A stretch of 64,000 nt of DNA. Source: Candidatus Zhuqueibacterota bacterium. Its GTDB lineage: Bacteria > Zhuqueibacterota > Zhuqueibacteria > Thermofontimicrobiales > Thermofontimicrobiaceae. Location: the NCBI GenBank assembly GCA_049322915.1, contig JBMOPW010000014.1, forward strand, positions 280,973 to 344,972, written 5' to 3'. The position numbers and the translations under genes were made by a program. The notes under the pieces are model-generated. The model ran no database searches. It saw only the letters and a list, made by a program, of their open reading frames with translations, and was not told the origin of the DNA. Each line of letters starts with the position of its first letter. The first letter of the stretch is position 1. Shown piece by piece: positions 55,037 to 64,000 of this stretch.

Positions 55037-57670
55037 ATGAAAAAAGCGTTTACAATTTTTATCATCGCGAGTGCGGTTCTTTTCACCGTTTCTTGTGTTA
55101 TTGCCCAGCAAAAAGATACACTCTATGTCGATGATCTGGACAAGGGCAATTATTATTTTGAATACGGCGGACCCTGGGAAAATGGCGACGATTGGCAGGG
55201 CAGCGCAATCGCCGGCTGGGGGTCAACCAGCCGACAGGTTCGCAGTCTCGACAATCCTGATTTCGATGAATCGGCGGAATGGCGCCTTCCCATCACAACG
55301 AGCGGTTATTACGCGACCTATTTTATTTTGCCGGAAAATGGCAACAGCCGCAATTCCGCACTATACGTTGTCCAGCCGTTCGGCGCTGCGCCGGATTCCA
55401 TGCGCATCGATCAGCGCGCCAACAGCGGCCAGTGGATTTTTATGGGGGTCTATTATTTTTTGGCCGGCGCGGAAAACTCAATCTGGGTGCACAATGATTC
55501 TGTCAGCACTGCCGGCTATATGTTCCGCGCCGATGCCGTTCGGCTCGTCACCTGTCCCGAGACAAAAGACATCGAGCCGATCCGAAGAAATAAATACGAT
55601 TTCGGCGAATGCGCGATGACCAGTTACAAGGATTGGATGTTGCGCGTGTACAATCTGGGCGCAACAACGCTGACCATTCACAGCGCCACGACAACATCAG
55701 GTGTTTTTTCTGTGCCGAATCCGTTGCTGCCGGCCACAATTCCAGCGCGCGATTACATCGATCTGACCGTCCGATTTGCACCGAATTTCGAGAAAATTTT
55801 TGAAGATGTTCTCACCATTTCCAGCGACGATGTGGATGAGCCATTTATCGATATTCCATTGCAGGGACAGGGTACCACGATGACGGTCATTGTGAACAAT
55901 GATGATGGCTACCCCTATTACATGGAACATATCGGTCAGTGGAATAACAGCACGGACGCTGCCAATATCGGGGAGTGGTTTACCAACAAAACCAGCCGTT
56001 ACTCCATTCAATCTCAGAACCCGGGAGCGCGCTGCCAGTTTGTGCCGGACATTCCAAAATCCGGGTACTACTCGATCTATTATTGTGGCCCGACAACGTC
56101 CAATGCCTCCAATCATGCGCTGTACGAAGTGATGCCCTTTGGGTCGAAGACCGATTCCGTATGGATCAATCAGAATTCATCCAGCCCGGATGAATGGAAA
56201 TTCATCGGCACCTATTACCTGTTCGAAGGCATGGATATGAATACCGTGTTCACCGTGAATGACGGCACCGGTCAGGGGTATGTCGTCCGGGCCGATCTGC
56301 TTAAGTTCACCTATGTGCCGACTGTGCCGGATATTGAATTGGTCGAATCGTCCCACACATTCACGGACGTTCCGATTCATACCAATGAGGACTGGTCGTT
56401 CATCGTGAAAAATATTGGCAATGAAAATCTGACCATCAATAACGTGAGGACGGAGTCGCCCTATTTTTCCATTGTCAGCCCGGTGAGCTTTCCTGTCTAT
56501 ATCCCGCGACTTTCCGAATCAACAGTGACGGTGCGATTCAGCCCCATTGGCATCAATGCATTCCAGGACACAGTGTTCATCGAGAGCGATGATATCGACG
56601 AGCCGGTCACCCGCGTTTATTTGAAGGGAAATGGAATCGGTTCTCAGTTGATAGTGGATGACTCCGACACGCTGACCTATTTCTCAAAAGGCCCGAGCGA
56701 TACGACCTGGCACATCTCCGAATCATTGTTCGGCTATAACGGAAACAGCAGTTACACCGGAAAGTACGCCAATCCGGATGCCTGGGCGCAATGGAACCTG
56801 AATGTCGATGTCACCATGAATTACGATGTGTATGCATCCTCCGTTCCCAGTTCCAATTCGACGTTCCACGCTCCGTACATTATCAACCTGCCGGGGATTC
56901 TGCCGGATACCGTGATTGTCAGCCAGAATAGCTCCACAACCGCTGACAATATCTGGATTTATCTGGGCACGTATCAATTCATCAGTGGCTTTGAGACGTC
57001 TGTGCGACTTGTCAATGACACGACAATCACGTATCAGGACACCATGTCCATACTTCGGGCCGACGCGATCAAATTGTCCCAGCCGACGAAAATTGCCCTG
57101 TCGGCGTTCAATATCAGCTATGAAGAAGAAAATATTGTCATCAACTGGGCCACCAGTTCAGAGACGGATCACGGTGGGTTCAATCTTTACCGGCAGACCG
57201 TCGATTTCTTCAATGAGCGGCGCGCCCTGAAATTGAACATTGCGTTGATCACCGGCGAGTCACCGTATCGGTTCGTCGATATGACAGCCGACTTTGGAAC
57301 GAGCTATTATTATTGGCTTGAAGATATTTCGATTTACGGACAGCGCGCGCTCCACGGTCCAATTTCCGGGAATCTTGCCAGTGCATTGCCGCATGTCTAT
57401 CAACTGGAACAGAACTATCCCAATCCGTTCAATCCCAAAACGACCATTCGCTTCTCGCTGCCGGAAGCGAACCATGTGGAAATTTATGTGCTCAATGTGT
57501 TGGGGCAGCGCGTGAGAACATTGATCGATGCCGATATTCGGGCCGGATTCCACAAAACGATCTGGGACGGCCGGAACGATTTGGGACAGGATGTGACCTC
57601 CGGCGTTTATTTCATCACTATGAAATGCGGCGATGTGAAAAAATTGCGGAAGATCATGCTGGTGAAATGA
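55037..57670 (+). CDS. Secreted protein with three golvesin/xanthan-lyase-C-like domains alternating with ASH-type Ig domains + CTD
   Basis: Three copies of A.Y.V...NQ...W..LG.Y.F...RADA; two copies of V.N.G...LTI...VRF.P...I.SDD.DEP; QNYPNPFNP. Confidence 0.72.
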   Translation: MKKAFTIFIIASAVLFTVSCVIAQQKDTLYVDDLDKGNYYFEYGGPWENGDDWQGSAIAGWGSTSRQVRSLDNPDFDESAEWRLPITTSGYYATYFILPENGNSRNSALYVVQPFGAAPDSMRIDQRANSGQWIFMGVYYFLAGAENSIWVHNDSVSTAGYMFRADAVRLVTCPETKDIEPIRRNKYDFGECAMTSYKDWMLRVYNLGATTLTIHSATTTSGVFSVPNPLLPATIPARDYIDLTVRFAPNFEKIFEDVLTISSDDVDEPFIDIPLQGQGTTMTVIVNNDDGYPYYMEHIGQWNNSTDAANIGEWFTNKTSRYSIQSQNPGARCQFVPDIPKSGYYSIYYCGPTTSNASNHALYEVMPFGSKTDSVWINQNSSSPDEWKFIGTYYLFEGMDMNTVFTVNDGTGQGYVVRADLLKFTYVPTVPDIELVESSHTFTDVPIHTNEDWSFIVKNIGNENLTINNVRTESPYFSIVSPVSFPVYIPRLSESTVTVRFSPIGINAFQDTVFIESDDIDEPVTRVYLKGNGIGSQLIVDDSDTLTYFSKGPSDTTWHISESLFGYNGNSSYTGKYANPDAWAQWNLNVDVTMNYDVYASSVPSSNSTFHAPYIINLPGILPDTVIVSQNSSTTADNIWIYLGTYQFISGFETSVRLVNDTTITYQDTMSILRADAIKLSQPTKIALSAFNISYEEENIVINWATSSETDHGGFNLYRQTVDFFNERRALKLNIALITGESPYRFVDMTADFGTSYYYWLEDISIYGQRALHGPISGNLASALPHVYQLEQNYPNPFNPKTTIRFSLPEANHVEIYVLNVLGQRVRTLIDADIRAGFHKTIWDGRNDLGQDVTSGVYFITMKCGDVKKLRKIMLVK

Positions 57671-57855
57671 CGTTCGAAAGCGACAGGATTCAACATTGGT
57701 AATTTTCGATTCCATGACTTGAAGCAGGATTCGACTTGCTATGTCAGGTCACTGTTTGGTTGAACAGTATTCATCTCTGTTTCTGCCAATAGAGAAGCAT
57801 CTCCGCGGAGGGATTTGTAACAATCAATGATCATAAAAAATTCAGGAGTGTTGTA

Positions 57856-58893
57856 TTGAAGAAGAAAATTTTCGCAACAGTCATGGCTAGTTTATTCATT
57901 CTCATCGGTCAGGCAATGACCTCGACAAAAGAACTGAGCGCGGCCGATGGCCTTTTCATTGAAATCGTCACAGAAGGGGACTCGGCCCATTCCAGGCACA
58001 TGTTCATCGATGCGGAAAAATTGACATCGCAACTGCCGGACTCCGCAGTGACAAAAACCAAGACCAAAGGCAGTGAAGTGACCTGGCTTGGAGTCAATTT
58101 GTGCCGCCTCCTGAAAAATGAGGCCGGCGTCGACTGCGCTGAGATTACCAAAATAACAGTCACGGCGCCGGATGGCTATACGTCCGTGCTGACCGGGGAA
58201 CTGCTTCCGGCATTGCCGACAGGCATTTTTGCTTTTCAGAGAAAGGGTAGTCAGTGGCCTGAGAGCTATGGCTATGGGCGACTGGTTTTCCCCGATTTGA
58301 GAGCCATGTACTGGGTGAATGGGCCGGATAAATTTACGATCATTGTTGGACGTTCTCAAAAAGCGCAGCAAGAACATCATTTATATTTCCTGAATCCAAA
58401 AATGCGAGACGGCCTCCTCAAATCGGATTCGGACGGGAAGAGCTATTTCTCGGTGACCGAACTGTTTGAAGCGTTGGATTTGCCGGATGGGTGCTTCCAG
58501 ACGTTGTCGTCCGATGGGTTGTTCCGGGAGTATCCTGCTCACGAAGTCAATCAACGGATTCTGCTCCATCAGGAGCGAAAAGGCATGTGGGAGATTACCG
58601 GGGCGGGAGTCCCGTCAGGATTGAAATTATTCCACATTTTTTTCCTGGCTAATTCGAATACAGGCATTTTCTTATGCAATCTGGAGGAACCCCAGCAAGT
58701 CCAGTGGATGGAATTGTATTGGAAATCTGTTCGTCCTGCCGATGGCCGCTACGAAGTGATGAAGGTATTGAAAAATGGTCAGACAGAACCAGTAGCGATT
58801 CCCGAGGATGCCAGCAGTCCCCTGCAATTGTACAAAATTCTTGAGTCTGAGATGAAGGCTCAGGAGACGATTGATCACTTCATTGTGAACTGA
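57856..58893 (+). CDS. Exported protein with Oxidored_molyb-like fold
   Basis: WLGVNLCRLL...APDGY...GRLVFP...WV; TTG start after AGGAG. Confidence 0.55.
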   Translation: MKKKIFATVMASLFILIGQAMTSTKELSAADGLFIEIVTEGDSAHSRHMFIDAEKLTSQLPDSAVTKTKTKGSEVTWLGVNLCRLLKNEAGVDCAEITKITVTAPDGYTSVLTGELLPALPTGIFAFQRKGSQWPESYGYGRLVFPDLRAMYWVNGPDKFTIIVGRSQKAQQEHHLYFLNPKMRDGLLKSDSDGKSYFSVTELFEALDLPDGCFQTLSSDGLFREYPAHEVNQRILLHQERKGMWEITGAGVPSGLKLFHIFFLANSNTGIFLCNLEEPQQVQWMELYWKSVRPADGRYEVMKVLKNGQTEPVAIPEDASSPLQLYKILESEMKAQETIDHFIVN

Positions 58894-58918
58894 CCCGACG
58901 CAAGCAGCGGATTTATGC

Positions 58919-60667
58919 GTGATGAAAAAGCTATGGCTGTATTTTTTTGTCGCTTCACTCGCTTTCAGAATTTCATTGAGTGCTCAGGTGCTGTCTTTCC
59001 CGGAGGACAGCCTGAATTTCGCCGGGCAGAAAATCGATTCGGTCTTCATTTTTGCTGACAGTCTCGCCATCACCGCCCGGGGAGAAAATTTGCATCACAT
59101 CCGTTTTGAAGGCGGGGCCATTCGGGGAGAAAATATACCCCCATCGTTGAAACTCAGACAACCAAAAGGTGCGATCATCTACCGCTCTGAAGATTCATTT
59201 CAGGATTTGCCGGCCATTATTGGCCGAACCAATAAAACGATCCGGTCGGACAGATTTTTCCGCGATTACCTGCTGCGCATGACTCAATTCAAAGGCGCAT
59301 CGTCAAAAGGTGAAGTCAGCATTGGCGTGTGGGAACCGGAAGCAGGAGTCGCAGCGCGAATTTTTCTGAAGGACGGGACTGTCCTGGAATGCGGAGAAAT
59401 GCCGGCGTCGAAATTCCGGACTAAAAATAATGCCGAAATTGACATTGCCGACTGGCAGCGCATCGAGCCTGAAATCGCCGGTGTCTGGGTGAATCCGCCG
59501 GCGATGGGGAATCATCGCCTGACCGATCGGTTTCTCTCATCTCTGGCAGAAGGCCGGTTGCTCATTGAATTCTGGGATGGACTGGGCTGGCAATTGCTGG
59601 AAAAGGCGCTGGTGAACGGCGTTTTGGGTGATGAAGAAATCACCGTGGAGATGAGCCACTCGCTGTTTCCGCCGGAGACGGCTGCGAATTTCCCGGCAAT
59701 GTTCAATGGCGGGAGCACCGGTGAGAATCTGACTAACCTGTTTCAGGCGCTTCATTCGATGAAGATCGGGTTTGATGTCTTTGAAGGCGAGAAACTGACA
59801 ATGACGATTCCCGGTAACGTGAAGCTGCATAGTGGTCATTCCCCGCAAAAAAAGGATGAAGCGATTTTTCGCTCCGCGTACGCTGCCTGTAAAAATAATC
59901 CATCTCCGCTGGTGTTCGTTCACTATCACGGATTGGATGACTTGAATCATTCATTGGGGCCGGATGACCCGGCAGCGCTTGCCCACTTTGAAAGCCTTTG
60001 GGACTGGCACAATCGTCTCAGGCATATGTGGTCAGGCGGTATGCTAATCGTTTCCGACCACGGCGCCCATTCACTTCCAGAGGACTTTTCCGGGGCTAAC
60101 AAGTTTGAGCGAAAAGGGACGAAAGGCACGCACGGGGATTTCATTTTTGCGGATATGGCCGTGCCAATTCTGGCAGATTGCGGACTGGATAAATCCAGGC
60201 CCGGCAGCAGTCTGCCTGATACGACGATTGAAGCCCTGTGGAATTTTGTTGGTCAATCGCTGGTCGCGGAAGTCGCAGGAAAGCCAATCGCCAGCGGTCA
60301 GCTTGAATTGTTATTTGCCGGCAAGACCTTTGTGCTGGAGAAAGAGCATGACAGCAGCTATTTGGCGGATGAGTTTCATTTTGCGTATTTGAAAAAAGGA
60401 AAGCCGGTAGCAGGTCAGTTCCGAGGTAAAAAACTGATCGAGGTGGTGAAGCGCTTCGGAATTGCGGAGTCGGCTCAGGTGAAAGCCTTTTCATTTGATG
60501 ATGTCCAGCTCGTCTACTCAAACGAGGATTTGAAGGAACATCTGGCGCTCGGCGTCGATTGGGATGCGGCGCAGCGCGAAGGTACATTCACGCTTTATCC
60601 TTTAAAAGACCAATTCCCTAATCGAGTGCTGAAACAACTCCGGCGGATAGAATTTTTTATCGAGTGA
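58919..60667 (+). CDS. Exported alkaline-phosphatase-superfamily protein with C-terminal Oxidored_molyb-like region
   Basis: WDGLG, HYHGLDDLNH, VSDHG and GTHG metal-ligand motifs; signal peptide. Confidence 0.65.
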   Translation: MMKKLWLYFFVASLAFRISLSAQVLSFPEDSLNFAGQKIDSVFIFADSLAITARGENLHHIRFEGGAIRGENIPPSLKLRQPKGAIIYRSEDSFQDLPAIIGRTNKTIRSDRFFRDYLLRMTQFKGASSKGEVSIGVWEPEAGVAARIFLKDGTVLECGEMPASKFRTKNNAEIDIADWQRIEPEIAGVWVNPPAMGNHRLTDRFLSSLAEGRLLIEFWDGLGWQLLEKALVNGVLGDEEITVEMSHSLFPPETAANFPAMFNGGSTGENLTNLFQALHSMKIGFDVFEGEKLTMTIPGNVKLHSGHSPQKKDEAIFRSAYAACKNNPSPLVFVHYHGLDDLNHSLGPDDPAALAHFESLWDWHNRLRHMWSGGMLIVSDHGAHSLPEDFSGANKFERKGTKGTHGDFIFADMAVPILADCGLDKSRPGSSLPDTTIEALWNFVGQSLVAEVAGKPIASGQLELLFAGKTFVLEKEHDSSYLADEFHFAYLKKGKPVAGQFRGKKLIEVVKRFGIAESAQVKAFSFDDVQLVYSNEDLKEHLALGVDWDAAQREGTFTLYPLKDQFPNRVLKQLRRIEFFIE

Positions 60668-61963
60668 TTACTGATAGATGCGACAGTCTCTGATTCTTGC
60701 GTCGATTTCCTTTTCGATGATTTTCAAGGTGGCCTCATCCAACTGGGCGCCTTCGTACGTCTGTATCCCTTCCTGCAGTGCGTCGACGCGGGGCATGAAG
60801 TCTGTTTCAAGAGTTGCCTGACTCATTCGGGCCTGAATCGCCCGGGCCTGTATCTCGGAAGCAGTGGCGATTTGAGCAAACGTCATCCCGGCCCGATCGG
60901 CAGCCAGGTCTGCGTAACTGAAGCCGCTCCCCCCTTTTGAGTCCCCGTACTCTTTGTACACTCCCATCACGTTGGCAAAGTCGCCCCCGCCGGAGAGCGT
61001 GAGCGCCGCGGAGACCATAAAATGTTTGGCCAAATCCTCGCGACGCAATAATGTCATTTTAATGCGCCGCGGCTGCTGCGCACCGTCGATCTCAAGAAAT
61101 CGGACAATCCGATCCATGTTCGAGCCGGTGCCAAACATGGCAAGGCTGAGGATGAGAATTTTATTTTCTGAGATCGCGTCATTGCCGTGAGCAGTGCGCT
61201 CGCTGGCTAATTGAAACAGCGGCGGGAGGAATTGGATGATCGAATTTTTCTGACCTTTCAGAGAGTTAGAAAGGGTGTACAGCCTGTCGTTATAGGCCAG
61301 CCAGCGTTCTTTTTCTCCCACAGGGATGAGCATTCTCCGCCCTCTGGCTTGAATCTGATCAAGAATTTCAGGCCGCCACTGATAGACAACAGTCAGTTGG
61401 TCGTTTTCAATGCGGATGTCCCGGATCGCTCGCTTGATATTTTGAGTAATTCGGTATTCTTCACTGTCCTGCAGGAATTTATGCCCCAGCCAGAAGATCG
61501 GCGTGAAAAACCAACCGGGAAAAGCTATCTGGCCGATTTTCACTTTCTCCAGTCCTAAGTCAGCGCCAGCCCCTGCCAAAAAGACTGCGATATTGAGATA
61601 CGATCCGAACCGATTGTTGGGCAGCGTCACGGTGATCATCATGATAGCCCGATGTGGTTGCAACTCTGTTTTGGCTGCGATCTGGTGGGCCTTATCGGAG
61701 CGGGCAAACGCATAGTCGATGAACAGATTCAGGTCACGCTCCGAAAAAGTGACTGATTTGATTTCGTCAATTTTTAGTTTCCGGGGATCGTTGGCGCGAA
61801 GGAGTTGCTCGACGCGAGCCAAATCCTGAACAGTGAGCTGCTCCTGGCGCTCAACGAGCGGCGCTGTTTCCAGGCCGAAAAAGAGAAAGAGCAGGGGAAA
61901 ACCGATCAAAACCAGCACACACAGAATCAGAAAAATCTTCAGGATAACTATTGCAGTCTTCAT
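60668..61963 (-). CDS. Membrane-anchored hypothetical protein (YfiM-like C-terminal motif)
   Basis: N-terminal TM helix; DLAKHFMVSA...KE..D...GSGFSYADLAAD. Confidence 0.7.
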   Translation of the reverse strand: MKTAIVILKIFLILCVLVLIGFPLLFLFFGLETAPLVERQEQLTVQDLARVEQLLRANDPRKLKIDEIKSVTFSERDLNLFIDYAFARSDKAHQIAAKTELQPHRAIMMITVTLPNNRFGSYLNIAVFLAGAGADLGLEKVKIGQIAFPGWFFTPIFWLGHKFLQDSEEYRITQNIKRAIRDIRIENDQLTVVYQWRPEILDQIQARGRRMLIPVGEKERWLAYNDRLYTLSNSLKGQKNSIIQFLPPLFQLASERTAHGNDAISENKILILSLAMFGTGSNMDRIVRFLEIDGAQQPRRIKMTLLRREDLAKHFMVSAALTLSGGGDFANVMGVYKEYGDSKGGSGFSYADLAADRAGMTFAQIATASEIQARAIQARMSQATLETDFMPRVDALQEGIQTYEGAQLDEATLKIIEKEIDARIRDCRIYQ

Positions 61964-62343
61964 TGTCCATCCAATCAAACTATAGAGCACAGGAATTCAA
62001 GCAGAATGCAGCAGCAAATATTGTGCTTTGCATTGGGTATGTCGCGCGTCAGGCTGACGTACGGTGAATTTTGTATCTGGAAATTGTATTTAAATCATGG
62101 ATCGGCAGCAAAGCCACCAGGCCCGATTGGAGCCGAAATTAATCCGTGATTAAAACATAGTGGAGTATAACAGATTTTCCGGTCTGATTTGTTTGCATTT
62201 AATTCGATTGGCGAATCGCGGCTAAGAGGCTAATTTACCGCTCGTTCGGGAACATGTGTTTCATTCACCCTGATGAATGAATATCCGGCGCGATCAAAGA
62301 TATGAAATTGACCCGATCGGACGGGATCCAATGATGCATTGAG

Positions 62344-63039
62344 TCAATAGTAAATTTCGGTATAAACAAGTGAGCCTGAAAAATGCTGATCAATGATGAA
62401 AATGGCGTCCCGGATCATTTCTGAATTTCCGCACAGATAGAAGTCATAATTTTCTCTCGGCAGTTGCGAGCGAAGGTAGTCAGTGACACGCCCCAAAAAA
62501 GCGCCGATCAGTTGGCCATGCGCATCAACCGGCGCGGTGAGACAGGGAATGTACTGGCCAGATACGGCCCGGAATACTTCGCTGAAAAAAAGCCCGGAGA
62601 CGGCTCGCGCGCCGTGAAGCATGATAGGGCGGATGCGGAGCGAACGGCGCATGGAGACGAACGGCGCGATACCGGTGCCGGTAGCGATAAATACCGGGAC
62701 TTGGGCTGAAGGTTTGAATGTGAAGTAGCCGTGCGGCCCGGTGAATTCGAGCGAAGTCCCTTCAGACAACTGTGACAGAGCGGTCGAAAATAAACCGCCT
62801 TCAACTTTTCGTATGCACACCGTGAGGACAGGCTCGGACGGCGCGGAAGTGAGGGAGTAGTCCCGCTCCATCGAATTGTGAATGAGGCGAATGCGCTGGC
62901 CAGGTTCGAATGTGAAATGATTGGGACTGGATAGCGTCAATTCAAAAGTTGATTCTGAGAGCCAGCGACGCCGGGTGATTTTTGTCGAAAACGCTGTGTC
63001 TGACGGCGTCCCTGAAAAGGGTGGTTTTACTTCTTCCAT
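62344..63039 (-). CDS. FAD/NAD(P)-binding ferredoxin-NADP-reductase-like oxidoreductase
   Basis: FEPGQ, RDYSL, GPHG, ATGTGIAPF, YLCG and terminal EIYY. Confidence 0.92.
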   Translation of the reverse strand: MEEVKPPFSGTPSDTAFSTKITRRRWLSESTFELTLSSPNHFTFEPGQRIRLIHNSMERDYSLTSAPSEPVLTVCIRKVEGGLFSTALSQLSEGTSLEFTGPHGYFTFKPSAQVPVFIATGTGIAPFVSMRRSLRIRPIMLHGARAVSGLFFSEVFRAVSGQYIPCLTAPVDAHGQLIGAFLGRVTDYLRSQLPRENYDFYLCGNSEMIRDAIFIIDQHFSGSLVYTEIYY

Positions 63040-63596
63040 AGGACGTCATTAATTTGATGGAGAAAATTGATATAGCGGGCTAACATGAAAAAGTAATCCG
63101 AGAGTCGGTTCATATAAGCGATGATCTGAAAGATGTGTTCGCCGAATGGGCCTTCGCCGCTGTGCTCAGAGAAAAGAATGATGTGGCGCTCGGCCCTGCG
63201 GCAGACCGTCCTGGCAAGATGCGCCCATGCCGAGGCGATGTGTCCGCCCGGCAAAATGAAATGCTGCAGAGGCGGCAACTGGTCATTCATCGCATCGATG
63301 CTGGATTCGAGGAACACGATGTTGTCGCTGCGAATCACATTCAATTGATCGAAATTCCGGGACTCCGGCGACGTCGCTAACACGGCCCCGATGGTGAAGA
63401 GATCGCGCTGGATTGTCTTGAGCTGTTCTTCCAGCGCCGGGAAGTTCTGAGATAGAATTGCTGAAATGATGCCGATGACGGAATTTAATTCATCGACATC
63501 CCCGTAGGCTTCGACTTGAATTTCGGCCTTTGAAACGCGCTCACCGCTGAAGAGACTGGTTTTGCCGCGATCCCCGCTGCCTGTGTAAATTTTCAT
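63027..63596 (-). CDS. pduO: PduO-type ATP:cob(I)alamin adenosyltransferase
   Basis: MKIYTGSGDRG.T, AYGDVDELNS, FILPGG, ARTVCRRAER, NRLSDYFF. Confidence 0.95.
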   Translation of the reverse strand: MKIYTGSGDRGKTSLFSGERVSKAEIQVEAYGDVDELNSVIGIISAILSQNFPALEEQLKTIQRDLFTIGAVLATSPESRNFDQLNVIRSDNIVFLESSIDAMNDQLPPLQHFILPGGHIASAWAHLARTVCRRAERHIILFSEHSGEGPFGEHIFQIIAYMNRLSDYFFMLARYINFLHQINDVLWKK

Positions 63597-63762
63597 GGTG
63601 TTCCTTTTTAAGTAGAAACGAAAAGCAAGAAGTTTGACTCGCAAAGCACTTGAAATATACATATTCGAAAGAGAAAGAGCAAGCTGAAAGTGCACTGCCT
63701 TCTATCACGGGAAAAGAAATCTGTCGACTCAATTCGGGAAGACTGATAGCGCTTTAATAGTG

Positions 63763-63806
63763 AAAGTCACTCTTAGAATTTCAGATGGGTGACTTTCGTT
63801 TTGTTT
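63763..63806. terminator. Hairpin, possible terminator
   Basis: GAAAGTCACTC...GGGTGACTTTC followed by GTTTTGTTT. Confidence 0.45.
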
Positions 63807-64000
63807 AAACCGACACGAAGCGATTCGCTCTCAGCGCTCAGTAAGGCTGTAGGGTCGGATGGAATTATACTCTCACCAATTGAATGAAACCTTGCAAAAG
63901 ATACTCTTCATATAAATGACCAGTCGAACCCATGTACAATGAATTCGATATTTATTTGTATCTGTAGTGGGGGGGGGGGGGGGGGGGGCGGGCGGGGCGG

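Noticed and set aside
63597..63960. Cobalamin riboswitch upstream of pduO
   Set aside because: I could not find the conserved cobalamin riboswitch core on the minus strand; only generic hairpins are present.
63969..64000. Poly-G tract as a G-quadruplex or phase-variation site
   Set aside because: It lies at the window end and may be a sequencing or assembly artefact; it cannot be judged without reads.

Overview
Chromosomal window of a diderm bacterium. Its protein repertoire suggests a non-Bacteroidota FCB-group lineage such as KSB1; this is inference, as no marker gene is present. (1) 1-25.3 kb: large exported proteins ending in FlgD/T9SS type-A-like sorting domains (NYPNPFN motif). They include a >2300 aa Big_1 adhesin and six consecutive cohesin-bearing genes, two of which combine a 7-repeat FG-GAP propeller with a dockerin and a cohesin. 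I recognise no glycoside hydrolase among the six. (2) 25.4-49.1 kb: co-oriented envelope genes encoding a type-B-CTD protein, a PorV/UPF0164-like barrel, a putative large outer-membrane protein, a giant TPR protein, ExbB, ExbD, two DUF4159 proteins with TonB-type SxxxH anchors, a lipoprotein and a CsgG/FlgT-like protein. Together they are a candidate undescribed PMF-energised envelope machine. (3) This cluster is interrupted at 28.2-35.6 kb by a Fic gene between 57-bp direct repeats and an integrase-less, decaying integron cassette array (DUF4760, AlbA/HATPase, HEPN-MNT, ORF-less cassette, DUF559, HicAB). (4) A solitary 2.5-kb attC cassette (CBM9/DUF5916 gene) followed by a ~200-bp MITE-like element. 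(5) 52-64 kb: HEAT lipoprotein, GHL10 hydrolase, golvesin-repeat protein, a Mo-oxidoreductase-fold/AlkP pair, FNR-like reductase and pduO. I saw no rRNA, tRNA, CRISPR array, integrase or transposase. All domain calls come from motif recognition by eye and need HMM confirmation.
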